A stretch of 63,851 nt of DNA, counting the filler, from Dicyema japonicum (Eukaryota; Animalia; Dicyemida): assembly GCA_011109175.1 (NCBI GenBank). It is 8 parts of 8 records of this genome, joined end to end, with 100 filler letters (N's around TTAATTAATTAA, not from the genome) between each part and the next. Parts side by side here need not be neighbours in the genome. Positions count along the whole stretch, not along the records: positions 46,954 to 49,466 come from RDEW01000060.1; positions 49,567 to 53,975 come from RDEW01000126.1; positions 54,076 to 60,534 come from RDEW01000276.1; 5 more parts are not named here. One strand, 5' to 3'. The position numbers and the translations under genes are program-made. The notes beneath the pieces were generated by a model. That model was not told the DNA's origin. It saw only the letters and a program-made list of their open reading frames with translations, and did no database searches. Position 1 is the stretch's first letter; the number at the start of each line of letters is the position of its first letter. Shown piece after piece: positions 46,962-60,039 of the stretch.

Positions 46962-47925
46962 ATGAATAGTTACAAAAACAAAAATACTACTGTATCCGAG
47001 AATAACCGAAAACTTATTATAAATAAATATGAAGCAGGGTTGGCTTATTCAAAAATAAGCGAAGACATCTGTATTAACTACCAGACAGTTGTTTCTCTCG
47101 TCAAAAAATACAAAAATACAGGAAGTTTTGCTTCAACAAGAAATAATTGTTGACGAAAAAAACTTAATTCATCGGACATCTTATTTTTGACTAAACGACT
47201 TGAAGAAGATGCTTCATTTACGCTGAAGAAATTACGAACATCTGTATTAACTACCAGACAGTTGTTTCTATCGTCAAAAAATACAAAAATACAGGAAGTT
47301 TTGCTTCAACAAGAAATAATTGTGGATAAAAAAAACTTAATTCATCGGACATCTTATTTTTGACTAGAAGAATTAAAGAAGATGCTTCATTTACGCTGAA
47401 GAAATTACAAAATTCTTTATTTGATGTGCAAAGCAAAAATATCGACAATAAATAGGACGCTGGAGACATTTGGATATAGTTTTATAAAGATTCAATTTGT
47501 ACCTATGGCGAGAAATTCTACAATAGATGTGGAATATAGATATGCCAGAAAAATAATTGAAATTGATAATCAACGGATTATTTTTATAGACGAAATGGGA
47601 GTCAATTGTTCGATGAGATCCAAATTTGGAAGATCTATACAAGGAGTCACTCCAAAAAAATGTATTAGAAACATAAGAGAGAAAAATTTCTCTATTTGAG
47701 CTCAACTTAANGTTCTCTACTACAGATTGCACCTTAAGAGTCCGCAACTTTCTGGTGTGGCGAATACCATACTTATTGCATAGTAGAAGATGAAGACTCC
47801 TTACTACCTCGTTGTGCCTCCACACATAGTCGTGGCAGAGCATGGATCCACATCGAGTGGCTAAATGATCAACCGACATGCTCCTTAGCTTAACTTAATC
47901 CTATTGAAGAGTTTTTTTCTCTTTT
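46962..47925 (+). mobile_element. Tc1/IS630-family transposase remnant with an internal ~173-bp tandem duplication
   Basis: HTH region (KISEDICINYQTV..VKKYKNTG), IIFIDEMG, LNPIEEFFS; duplication units start at 47065 and 47238. Confidence 0.8.
47712..47890 (-). mobile_element. R4/Dong-like fragment inside the Tc1 remnant
   Basis: SVDHLATRCGSML.HDY..RHNEVVRSLHLLLCNKYG. Confidence 0.75.
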
Positions 47926-48419
47926 CAGTCACACATCCCCCTCTTTTCAGTTGCTCCGAAGGATACCAAGCTGAATAAAATGAAGGATCGGTCCTTGAGT
48001 TAGAGAAGTCGAAAATTTATTGAGGTGTGAAAAATATTTTTGGGATCAAATTGAGGTTGACAACAAATCTCCGAGTGAAGTAATGTTATAAATATTTTTT
48101 CAAATATTAAAAGTTACTCCTATCATCCGATTTGGGTCTCAATGCAACCTCATGGGCTTTTTTAGTACTAGTTCATGTTTTCTTACCAACATCCGGTACC
48201 CCGAGCTACTGATACTATTCAAAGACCTAAAGATTTTATATTTGAAGTTCTGGCAGTCCTTTTTGCTGAAAGTGTCATAAACACATAATAAGTTGTATTA
48301 ATGGCTCAAAGAAATCGGAAAATAGCGATAAGAACCAAAGCATTATAATTACGCTGCAATGAAAGACAGAGAGGTGGGAGAGGAAAGAGAAGTAAAAAAT
48401 TAATTATAAAATCTTTTCT

Positions 48420-48630
48420 GCCTAAGTAGGACGTGTGATGAAAAAGAAAAAGGGTGGATCTACTTCTCCACCTCTCTTCTAAATCGGAAGTCTGTAATGG
48501 ACTATTGGAGAATAGATTTGGTCGGAACAAGCAGACGTTGTCTCTTGGGTAACTTCTTTTGATTAATTAGTTGTGACTGTTTGTGCAGAGCTTACCAAAT
48601 AATGTGAGCATGGGGTTAATGAATAAATAA
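48420..48630 (+). mobile_element. LINE 3' end, third copy of the 13445/39300 family
   Basis: CTACTTCTCCACCTCTCTTC...GGAAG.CTGTAATG; ends GGGGTTAATGAATAAATAA. Confidence 0.65.
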
Positions 48631-49683
48631 GAAACCTTCCCCTTGTTGTAATTACCCATGATTCCTTAACTAACCACAAGAGAAGCTTGGTATTGACACT
48701 AGGGTCACTTAATTTAGATGGTAATTCTTCCTATTGTGGTTCTGGAGTTAAATTTAAAAAAGTAAGAGAATATAAAGATATTTTTTGGTTTTATTTAAAT
48801 TCCAAAAGATCCATTCGATCCTTGTGTTTTCAATTAGGTGTGTAGATTTATAACGAATTAATTATACCATCACGCTTAATAGAACACGCAAGCATCCTCA
48901 CTCACTAGGAAAAGAAACTCTATTAAAAACCTAAGGCAAAACTCTTCTCTCAAGAGGATAATTCACTCATATAACACAGAAATTACTTCCAATGCTTCAT
49001 TGACGAAAATTTTGTACTTCCCTGTGTTGAATAAAGGCGGGCAAAACTAAAAACTAACGAATTTTCCAAATTACTAAAAACTAACGACAAAATGCCAAGA
49101 ATTGACAAGATCTCGACCAATTCTTATTTCTATTAGAAAAACAAAATTTTAAGTAAAACTTGAATCGGTTGCATTTGGTGGCATATACGATTACATTTTA
49201 AAGATATTTGCGTCAAATGTTATTGAACTACGAATACAGAATTTATGGAAAAATATGTCTTCAATGTGTTTCAGACTACTTGATTTCATGAATAACAAAC
49301 GTAGCAATTTGAGTATGTGCGAGGGACATGTAGATTTAACAAAAATAAAAAGCCAAATTATCTATAGCTTCGTTAAGTCTGTAGTCACTGATGACAGCGG
49401 CGATAATTGTAGTAGAAACACTACAATAGGGTTTGAGGTTTGCACGGTGAATTTGAAGAGTCGTATNNNNNNNNNNNNNNNNNNNNNNNNNNNNNNNNNN
49501 NNNNNNNNNNTTAATTAATTAANNNNNNNNNNNNNNNNNNNNNNNNNNNNNNNNNNNNNNNNNNNNATATCAATTTCACTAATTTACGAAATACTATTAA
49601 TCTCGATTGACCTTAGAATTGAGGATACCCGATATAATAAAAAAGGAATCAATCTACCTCGATACGGACAACCAGTCAACTGA

Positions 49684-50358
49684 TTAATAGGCCAACTTTA
49701 AAATGTTATTTATTTTTATGAAAATGGAAACTTCAGGTTTATCCAATCTGATATCATGGATAAAATCATATAAGTATGGAGTCCACGAGCCATTTTTTTG
49801 CAGTTCCACAGGGTACCCGGTGTAGTGGGTTGGGCCCAGACATGTGGCACGAATCATTTCCATTGGGCAATACATGATACCCTCGATGGTCGGACCATAC
49901 AGGATCATCCGTTACCTCGTATCCCAACTCATATCTTATTTTAGGTTTTTTGAATTTTAACAATTGTCCGAGATCCCAGGATACCATTCTATCTCGACAT
50001 GCGAAATAACCTTCTCGACAATATAACGGTCCTAGCAAAAAGTTGAAGGAGTCACGAACCGCATCTTCGAGAATTATCGCGGAAGTCTTCATTATATTTC
50101 TTGCCATGGTAGACATAGAGTTATATTACTTATATATGTGTTTTGTAACATTGAAGGGGTGTGACCTGGGCAAGACTTACATATAGGTCGATTAGAAAAA
50201 CCGACATCCCTCGTAAGGTATATCTTGGATGCCAAGCGTTTCTGTGTTAATACAGTCCGACCCCGCCCCAAGCCAGACCCCGCTTTTGGGGCACCCTCGC
50301 ATTTTGGTCCATGCCAGTGCGATTTTTCAGAAATGCTATTTTTCATAGTCCCTAACAA
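49684..50358 (-). pseudogene. Cys/Trp-rich frameshifted ORF, possible viral glycoprotein/env remnant
   Basis: Three overlapping ORFs join into an intronless, higher-GC frame: CLPW...GPLYCREGYFACRDRMVSWD...IMYCP...ATC...YPVE. Confidence 0.35.
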
Positions 50359-50479
50359 ATTTATAAACCTCGAATTGGAGCAAAATTAAGTATAATTTTC
50401 ATTATTTTTTTTAATTTTAAAGCATTTTTTCAAATTATTTCTATCTTATTCGAATAATCTAATGAATTATACATTGACT

Positions 50480-51352
50480 TTTGAAGATGATAGTCCACTC
50501 TCTCTAAATGTAAAAAACATTTCACTTAGACAAGTAATTGTTGGCTATACGTGGAAGGTCGATCGCCTTCAAATAATTTTTTATTTATTATATGTTAAAG
50601 AATTTTCTAAAGAAAACAACAAGCATTGACATTTTCTCGAAAATCCAGATTGGCTATTAAATTTGCCATTTTTAACTGATATTACCACAAAACTGAATGA
50701 ACTTGATTTAGAATTACAGGGAAAGAATAAATATATTATCGATATGATCAGCTCAATAAATGCTTTCATAATGAAGTCGGAAATATGAATATCTCAAATC
50801 CGAAAAGAAAATTTTATTCATTTTCCTAACATTGAAGATGAATTCACAAAACAACTTGCTGATAAAAATCATTATCTCAATGAATTTGCAATGGTATTAG
50901 AAAATATAATAAACGAGTTTAAACAAAGATTTAGCGATTTCAAGAAAATTACAATATTATGCAGTTTTTTCGCTTCTCTGCTCAAAGACATCGAAAATGT
51001 TTCAGAAGAATTTAGAAAGATTTTTGACGTTAAACCATGAAAAATTGAAATATAAATTATAAATCAAAAAAATGACCTCATTTTAAAATAATATTCAAAT
51101 GTCAACATGTGGAGATTTATGTCTCGAGAAAAATATCCAATTTTTATTGATTCGTATCAACGAATTCTTTTATGCTTTGGAAGCACATATTTATCCGAGA
51201 CATCATTTTCAAGCATGAAAATGATAAAATCTCAATACAGGACCCGTTTAACGGATAACCATCTTGGGGATTGCATGAGAATAGCAATAAGCTCATACGA
51301 CCCAGAATTCGAAATAATCGCAAGAGAATTACAATGCCAAAAATCCCATTAA
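50480..51352 (+). mobile_element. hAT (SPIN/GTF2IRD2-like) transposase 3' remnant
   Basis: WLLNLPFLTDITTKLNELDLELQGK; FGSTYLSETSFSSMKMIKS.YRTRLTD.HL; QCQKSH stop. Confidence 0.88.
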
Positions 51353-51603
51353 CTTTTAATTATAAAATAAAAATTTTGTTAGTAAAATGTCACCGTCCAT
51401 TTGCCCGACCCGCCATTTGCCGGAACACATTTCCAATTTCACAAATTTTCCCGAAAAAACTACATGTTTTTTTTCCAAGTCCAAAGTTATTCAATATATT
51501 CAATTATTTTCAATATTAATAAGAATATTGAAAATAAATAAAGTGAAAGTAAAGGAACAACAATAACCAACATTAACAAGATTTTATATAGATTTCTTTT
51601 CAC

Positions 51604-53975
51604 ATGGCCGTCTCTTATCATATTCCCATTCCAGTTTCCCTGAGCCGAATCTGCAACGTGTTTAACAAAAGAAAGAGGGGCCGATCTTGTTCTTCCTGTT
51701 CTCTGTTTTTTCATCTTTCTTGTGTCTCCCTTCCTCGCCGCACTTCGGAACGTATTCCATCGTGGGTCCGTCCCGCCTGTCTTTCTGGCGCCCCCTTATT
51801 TTCATCCCCTCGTTCCGCCACTACGATTCCTGGCGTTTGCAACTCCCCAGATTCCTTCCCGTCCTCTGATACCATCTCTGGGACCGATTCTATCTCTTTT
51901 GTCCTCAAATCCACCAAACTCCTCCGCCGTCTCCGGCAAATCCCGTACAGAATCCCTAAAGCTGCTCGTATCTTAGCAGCTTATTCTTTGTCCTCTGCAA
52001 TTGATGATGCTTTGGCGTCCGATGGGCAATCTGATTGGCTTAAGCTGTTTTGCTTTGCTTCTTTCAGCCTTGGCTCCCTCCCTTCCAGAGTCTGTAATAA
52101 TACCTCCTTCCCCTCGCTTTCTACGACCGTCAAACAAGAACTGGCCTCGTACGACGAGAACTGTTTTTCTCTTCGCTGGCTGCAAGTCTATCTTGCTAAT
52201 TTAGAGCCTCCCTCTGGCCCAGCCTCCCATGACGCGCCTGCAGTCGCGAATAATACCTCCTCCCCCTCGCTTGCTACGACCGTCAAACAAGAACTGGCCA
52301 CGTACGACGAGAACTGTTTTTCTCTTCGCTGGCTGCAAGTCTATCTTGCTAATTCAGAGCTTCCTTCTGGCCCGACCTCCCATAATGCGCCTGCAGCCGC
52401 GAATGATGACGACTACCTCTACAGAAAGGTAAATAGCAAACTTATGGATGGCGATGTTCGTGGAGCTGTCAGGCTTGTCGCTTCGTCGAGTTTCATTTTG
52501 TCCTCGACACCAGCCGTTTTGAATTCTCTCGGGGAAAAACATCCCTCTCAGCCCCACGACTTCAGACCTCAGCCGTCCCCTGCCACACTCGCAGTCAATC
52601 CCTTCGTGGTCTCGGAAGACCTCGTACTGAAAGCCCTGAGGAACTTTTCCCCAGGAAGCAGCGGTGGAGTAGATGGCTTGAGACCTGGTCATCTAAAAGA
52701 CTTGACTTCTCCCATCACCGCTGAAGCTGGACGGAGATTATTACGCTCAATTACCAACCTGTGCAACCGTTTTATTTCCGGCTCTCTTCCCGATTTTGCA
52801 CGCGGAATTTTCTTTTCTGCCAACCTTACTGCCCTTGGGAAAAAGGACAACGGCGTGAGACCCATCGCCGTGGGAAATATTTTCCGGAGGCTCTCTGCTA
52901 AGCTTCTGTGTCATGCCATTGTCCCCTGCTTGTCCTCGGAGTTTCTACCTGCCCAACTCGGGGTCGGTGTCCCAAATGGCTGCGAAGCGGCTGTTCATTC
53001 GATTCGTGAATTAATGGAATCGTCCGAGGAGTTTATCATGGTTAAACTCGACGTTTCAAACGCTTTCAATTCCATCAGACGTGATCACCTGCTGGAGTGC
53101 TGCCGCGAACTGGTTCCTTTCGCATATCCCCTCGTGCATCTCGCATACGCATCCCCAAGCATACTTATGTTTGACGACGTTCCTATCTCTTCGTCTACTG
53201 GGGTCCAGCAAGGCGATCCCCTGGGTCCTGTTCTCTTTGCCCTAGGCGTTAATGGCATCGCCCATTCTGTCCGATCCCCTGTAAACATTTGGTACTTGGA
53301 CGACGCAACTATTTGTGGTCCTCCCGAGGTCGTTTTTGACGACCTCCGGATTATCCTCCCATCCCTTTCGGCCATTGGCCTATCTATTAACGCAAATAAA
53401 TCTGAAATTGTGAATATCGGCCTTCAACAAAGTTTATTCTCTGCCGCCTCTTTTGTTTGCCGCAATATTCTTCCAGACGTTCGTATTACCGAACAGTCTA
53501 ATCTATCCATCCTTGGGGCTCCTATGGGTCTTTCCGCTCTAGAAGCTTCATTTTCGGAAAAAATATCCAATCTCTCTAAAATGATCGAGAGGCTTAAAAA
53601 CATCGAGCCTCATGTCGCATTTTTCCTTTTGCGAAATCACTTTTCCGCCCCTAAGGTCCTTTATACGCTGAGATGTGCACCCTGTTTCCACAGAAGTGAC
53701 CTCCTATCTGATTTCGATTACATCCTTAAGCTCGGTATGAGCTCTTTATGCAATCTTGATTTCGACGATTCGGGCTGGTCTCAGGCGACTTTACCTGTGC
53801 GCTGGGGTGGCCTTGGCCTGAGATCCTGTTCTGATTTGGCTCTTCCGGCTTATCTGTCCTCTCATTCGGCCTCCCGCACTCTCTCAGACATCGTTCTTCG
53901 AAACCTTTCCGAACGGAAATTGTCTGCAGATTTCGTTGCGGCAGGTCTCTTATGGAAGGTCCGGTTTGACTCGAG
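51604..53975 (+). mobile_element. CRE-clade retrotransposon ORF (PHD-like N-terminus, RT), open for ~790 aa up to the gap
   Basis: SSGGVDGLRP.HLK, KKDNGVRPIAVG..FRRL, QLGVG..GCEA, DVSNAFNS, GVQQGDPLGP, WYLDD, QATLPVRWGGLG. Confidence 0.92.
52096..52401 (+). repeat. In-frame 153-bp tandem duplication inside the CRE ORF
   Basis: NNTS.PSL.TTVKQELA.YDENCFSLRWLQVYLAN occurs twice (52096 and 52249). Confidence 0.92.
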
Positions 53976-54957
53976 NNNNNNNNNNNNNNNNNNNNNNNNN
54001 NNNNNNNNNNNNNNNNNNNTTAATTAATTAANNNNNNNNNNNNNNNNNNNNNNNNNNNNNNNNNNNNNNNNNNNNAATTTTTTCGAAAAAATTTATATTT
54101 TTATGACTATATCGAAATTTTATTGAAATCTTTTTTGGAAAACAATGATATGCCTCTACCCATTACAGTGTTACCCCCGTTTGGGGCACTTTGTGCCCCG
54201 AAAACAGGGCTATTGTTTTTTCCATTCTAAAATATTTTATTTAAACTATATAAATGTAAAAAAAGGTAAGAGATTTTATGATTAATAGTATCCATCAAGT
54301 CGCTCTTTAACGAAGTAATCGGGTTTTTTTCTCCAATTTTGTAACCATTTCGAATGTTTCTAATTAAGGTCAGACGAATTCGTTTCCCCAATAATAGTTT
54401 TTGAATAGCAACTCGTGCCTTTTTTGAACCGGTCGAGCCATCCATTTGATGCCTTAAATGATTCATGATTTATTTTTGTAGAAATTTTTTTGAATGAATT
54501 TTTATATGGTTCCAGAAATAAGAAGAAATTCATCTCTCAAACGTAGAAAAGTTTCAAAAACTAATCTATTTAGACGATTTATCTTGTGTAGAAGATTGAT
54601 TATATGGATCGCATGATTACTTGTTTCGTTCGCATTCAGTTAATCCCACGTCAAAATAATAAACCAAATTTTGTTTAATGCGAGAAGTAGTGCTTGTAAT
54701 TTAATGATTATTTGAAAAAGATACTTTTGCTCGTTTTATACTTTTTACCGAGATTTTTTTTAAAAATTGACCATGTTTTGTATCTTTAGCAATTTTTGTT
54801 TATAATTAATTTTTGAATTCTTTTTACGAACCATACAAAAATCAAATAAACTTCATCATCAGCCTCGGTTAATATTTCATTCTTGTATTCATCCGTCGAT
54901 TGTATTTGTCGTCACCCCCAATTGGTGTTATCAAAAAAAGTGAGAAAAAAGTAATTC

Positions 54958-55050
54958 ATCACTTCTCTGTTTTCTTTTCTTGGGTGTATGTCTTTTAGAC
55001 TATCAGTTCCTGAATGTCCACTGATGACGGCGTCACTCGTCAAGTCTGTT
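54958..55050 (-). repeat. 3' fragment of the SINE (or of its partner LINE)
   Basis: Matches 40981-41075. Confidence 0.7.
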
Positions 55051-55084
55051 TAATTCCCTAATATTCGAAAATAATTCTAATAAA

Positions 55085-55300
55085 TTCTTCCTTTTACCGA
55101 CTAACGATCCAATTTTGTTGAGCAGGGCTAACGACATGCTTCCTATGACTCCGAAGTTTCGACTGCGACTGGTTCAAATGTGTACTGCTCGCAGGAGGCA
55201 TGTGTACTTCTTTGCTTTAAGTATTTCTGCTTTCTCTGCAGCTGAGCCTGGATTTGTCGCACTCATTGTAATATTGGAAGGGGTGAAGCTATCTACGCAC
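55085..55300 (-). mobile_element. CRE-like 3' fragment
   Basis: VDSFTPSNIT.SA..PGSAAEKAE..KAKKY...FEPVAVETSE. Confidence 0.7.
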
Positions 55301-55589
55301 AAATGATTATTTAAAACTTACGTAGAATTTCCGAAATCCCAAATGAAAAATCAATTTTATTGATTAAAAATCCTCCTTCTGTTCATCTCTTGCAAATATG
55401 CTGAATTTAGAACTTGTGGAATAAAATTTTGTTCAAATGATAATTTTATGATTTTATTATAAAAAGAATAGTTAATTTTAATTATTCAGCTGTTGGGAGA
55501 TGCATAAGCTTTAATGGAAATATAATATTTTTATGACCATATCGAAATTTTATTGAAATCTTTTATGAAAAGCAGTGATTATGGAAAAT

Positions 55590-56330
55590 GGGAGTAGATT
55601 GCTCAAAATATGATTTGGATGTTGTTGTTGAATGAACACTTATATTATAATTATAGACAATTGAATCGAGGCTCGTAGACCATTCGTGATTTCCTTTTAC
55701 AAATAGTCTTTTTTGTAACCAACGCGTTAACGTTTGGTTACATCTTTCAACTTGATCCTGTGATTGAGGGTGCCATGGGCGACTAAACTTCTGTAAAACG
55801 TTTCATTCTTGGCATAATGAAGTTACTATTTCATTTTTGAATTAACATTTTGTCTTATTTAGAAATCGGGACTTCTTCATTCCAGTTAAACTTCCATCAA
55901 TCTTATTGTTTTCCAAATAAGCAACAATATTTTTGTACTCTTCAATAGTTAGTACTATCTGTAGATAGTATTCGTCGAGCTCATTACCCTCATTTGGCAT
56001 TCACATCATGACGTAATAAAATTTCGTCCCCTGGATTGACTACATCGTATTTTTAGCTTCGGATTTTTTATTTTTTTCACCTGAATTATTATATTTTCAA
56101 GAGCATTTTTCGTTTTTCTTCTTTTCTAAATTATTCAAGGATGAGCCAATTCTATTGTCTCTTCATCTTCTTCGTCGCCGCCAAATTTATTAACGATTCT
56201 ATTTTTTCCTGATCGAATTATTCTCCAGATTGACGTTGTAAAAAGTCTCAAAAGGCCGGTGTCTTGTCTTGGTGTATGATGGTTGATTTATTATAATTTT
56301 CGGGAATTACGTTCGTTGATCGATCTTTTA
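55590..56330 (-). mobile_element. Ginger/KRBA2-like DDE integrase remnant
   Basis: PWHPQSQDQVERCNQTL at ~55730-55780. Confidence 0.6.
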
Positions 56331-57239
56331 ATCCACGATATCTATGAAATGGGGAATACATTAAAAATCATAATCTAAAGGAAGCCAGTAGAAGGTAAAT
56401 TCCGCTTTTATTTTTTAGGTTTCGAGTAAATGCGTATTCGAGTATACGTCAATGACCGTCTGCAAATACCTTCAAATATCTACGCATTCACATAATATCA
56501 TCCAATGGCAAATACATTCAAATATCTTGGCGTTCACATATTATCATCCCAGTGGGAAAGATTTCTCTAACGTAATAAATATTGATGTCCATATGCTCAT
56601 TCAGAGAACTCGTCGCCTCATTCAAGTATCAGAAGGATTCGTCGCCTTATGGGTGAGATCTGTTATGACCTTAACCTATTATCTGTTAATATCTCCAATT
56701 GCATTACACAATCCGCGGACCAAAGAAAGAATCGTACCATTTATTTCCTTAAAAATTGTGACTTTGAACCACCAGGCTGCTAATACATAAAATCGTTAAT
56801 TACAGCCCAATACTGTTTATTCTCAAAAGCTTCAAGCATTCTCACGTCCATAAAAACGTTAACACTTCGATTGATGTCATACCGCCATTTTTAACATGCC
56901 AATCAGTACAAATACTATTCGAATAAGTGGGAGAATTCAATTATCGTACATATCCTCAAGGGTGGAAAATCAGCTGAATTGCTAACTTCTTACCTCGGGA
57001 ACAAGATAAGGGTTCTTACCGTTTCACCCTATTGGATTAACGTTTTGCAATCGCCTTTAGCACAATTTTATATATATTATTGAAATCATCATATAGTGTT
57101 GGATTCTGTTATCGAAATGTCTATTAAATATATATTTTTTGGTGACCTATAAATATGGATTATTCTCCACTATTTGATTTTTCTAAATTTACTGTGATCA
57201 GTTTTTCTAATTTCATTTTTTAATGCTTCAATTCAATGT

Positions 57240-57900
57240 AACCTACATAAGGGAGAATTGGATTAAATCCTTTGATGCCTCTGCAACGACGAAACGGATT
57301 GTCGCCTAATTTATATATAACGCCATACAACCTGTTGAACAATGATAACAGATTATAAAATTGGACAGCTTTTTTAATCTGTTTTCTCGAACATTTATTT
57401 GGATCATCCGATAACATAACATTTTTGACAAAGTTTGAGTGATTGTCTTATTGAATCTTTCTACAATTTCTAAAAAAATAATTCAATTGTATTCCTTGAC
57501 TACGTGGGTTGTTTGGACGTGAATGAATTTGAATAATGTTATATTTCTTGCAAATTGCGGTGACATGTGAGTTTTTCAAATCAATTAAATCTGTTCTCAG
57601 ATCTCTCATTGGGCCGAGTTGCAATTATATGATTTTCTTCATCATATTCCTTAAGATTTCTGGCAAAAAGACATATCTCACAATTAAAAAACATCGCGAA
57701 TAACATCTTTTTTCACAAAAAGGTATCGTTTTTTAAAATATGTTTCTAGGATGTTTTTGGCCACAATGTGTTAAATCATGATATTGAGTAACGACAAACT
57801 TCATTTCTTCGACGTTGTCCGAAACAATAACCAATTTATCGCTCTGGTCTTTTAGATATACGTTCTTCTCATTAAGAACGAAGCTCTTGGACTTTTTTTC
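57240..57900 (-). mobile_element. Second Ginger/KRBA2-like integrase remnant
   Basis: CEIC zinc motif, RPNER..TDLIDL, IVERFNKTI..LSK, VQFYN. Confidence 0.55.
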
Positions 57901-58029
57901 GGATTCCTGCACATAGCATATGCAGCAACATCAGAAGGTAGCCTCCTTCCAGAATAATTTTTAGATTATCATATTCAACAGATGTCTTAACATACAAGCC
58001 TGACATAATAATTCAATTAGTATTAATAG

Positions 58030-58375
58030 TTTATAACCCGCTTTATTTAACAAACAATAAAAAAAGTTAATAAATTTATTAATTAACAATTTTCCTAGCC
58101 TGCCTGTTCGCCAGCCTCCTCAGGCAGGTTCGATTCTGGTTGCTGAAACAACTCCGAGAGCGCATTGTCAAATTGAACCTTTTGTCCATATGGCATTTCA
58201 GGGCTCTGCCTCCTACACTCCAGTGTCAAGCTCTCTAGGGTCTGTTTTAACACAGTGGACTGTAGATGGGCCTGGAGCTTCTTATCTACCCCCAACTGCT
58301 TCGATAACCCTTGTGGTACTTTGTTGCAATTCCTTCCCACGTAATTACTATAGAATAACGAGGACCTTGCAACCA
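58030..58375 (-). mobile_element. R4/Dong-like 3' end
   Basis: TWEGIATKYH; AHLQSTVLKQTLESL; ends AATAAAGCGGGTTATAA. Confidence 0.7.
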
Positions 58376-59339
58376 AGCATCTGCCCGTCTCTCTCTTTTG
58401 CAAGAAAGTCATTACTTTCCTTTTTTTCTCCACCTCCACTCAAATAAACAAAGGAGACAAAGGGGATCCGTTGACGAAAACCATTCAGGAAAAGCCGGAA
58501 AATAGATTTTGACTATCCGATGCAGACACGTTTCTCCGACCGCTAAGGAAGTTAGCTAACCAGAGTATAAGTTTTCCAGTGATTCTATACATGATGTGTG
58601 AACGTAATCAGATGGTCGAATGTGACTCCGAGGACTGAGAGATTCTTGGGATAAGTTCTAAACTCCAAGTTATTTAAGATCGAACCACGTATGATAACAG
58701 TAGTGGTCAAATTACCAGAAAGGCAATTTTCATCAATAATTTTAAATTTAAATTTATAAATCAAAAACATCGTCAATTAAAGTAAAATTTTGACTAATTT
58801 ATAATATTTTAATATTTATTTTTTGAAATTGTTTTACAATATGGCGAACCTTTAAATACCATTTGTATATCAATTAACGTGCATTGCCACGTTCTTGTGG
58901 TTGGTGGTGTATTTTCTATTTTTATTGTATTTTTCTGTCATATTACCATATATTTTATTCAATATTATATTTATTATTGAAATCATCATATAGTGCTGAA
59001 TCCTGTTATCGAAATGTCTATTAAATATATATATTTTTGGTGACCTATAAATATGGATTATTCTCCACTATTTGATTTTTTCTATATTTACTGTGATCAG
59101 TTTTTTCTAATTTTTACCTAATTTGTGAAAAAAATTATGTTTCTAATGGAAAATATTATATTTTTTATGACTATATCGAAATTTTATTGCTAAATTTTCG
59201 AAATTTAGCGCAAAACGGAAAAAAAGTCAAGTCCGTAATTTCGTTAACGGACTTGACTTTTTTTCCGTTTATAAATTAAGATTTTTATTCATGATCGTTT
59301 CATTTAAAAGTATTATAAACCCGTTTAATCAATGTGAAT

Positions 59340-59735
59340 AATAGCTACCTCGCTTCGTCTTGGTCTTAAATTGTGTGCCGAAAAAAAATGCCGCTGTGGA
59401 CGTTGGATCGATCCTTTTGGTTATCATCCCTTGTCATGCAAGATGAGTGGCGGGTCGTTTCCCCAGGCACTCCTGTCTTAACATGACATTAAAGAATCCC
59501 TTGCTCTGCTGGACACCAATGCCTGTTTTGTTAAACCTGCTGGTCTTTCCCGAAACGATGGAAAACGCCCTGATGGGATGACGACTTTTCCATTCGCCAA
59601 CGGACGAAACCTGATCTGGGACGCGACGTGTGTTGATACTTATTCCCCGTCTAATTTGGTGCTTCTGCTTCAGACCCAGGACATGCTTCAAAGCAGCCGA
59701 GGAACGAAAGAGGAGGAAGTACCAGAGAATTTCGG
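59340..59735 (+). mobile_element. CRE-like RLE fragment
   Basis: LRLGLKLC...CRCG..IDPFGYHPLSC; RPDGMTTFPFANGRNLIWDATCVDT. Confidence 0.85.
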
Positions 59736-59736
59736 A

Positions 59737-60039
59737 GGAGTCCGTGATTTCGTTAGCGGACTTGACTTTTTTTCCATTTTGCGCTAAATTTCGAAAATTT
59801 ATAAGGGAAAAATTTTCAAAAATGAAAAAAAGTCAAAGCGGAAAAAAAGTCAAGCGGAAAAAAAGTCAAGTATTGAAAAAATTTTTAAAAATTAAAAAGA
59901 TGCTAGTAGTATCACAAAAATGCGGATATAAAACTAAAAAAAGACAACTTGACTTTTTTCCGCTTGACTTTTTTCCGCTTACGGACTTGACTTTTTTTCC
60001 GCTTGACCTTTTTTCCACTTGACTTTTTTTCCGCACTCC
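59737..60039. mobile_element. Foldback/MITE-like element with ~16-bp CTTGACTTTTTTCCG arrays in both orientations (related piece at 59190-59270)
   Basis: GGAGT...ACTCC ends; inverted arrays of GCGGAAAAAAAGTCAA and TTGACTTTTTTCCGC. Confidence 0.65.

Noticed and set aside
55015-55050. Hammerhead ribozyme (CTGATGA)
   Set aside because: No GAAA after stem II, the other copy has ATGATGA, and the motif is antisense to the SINE
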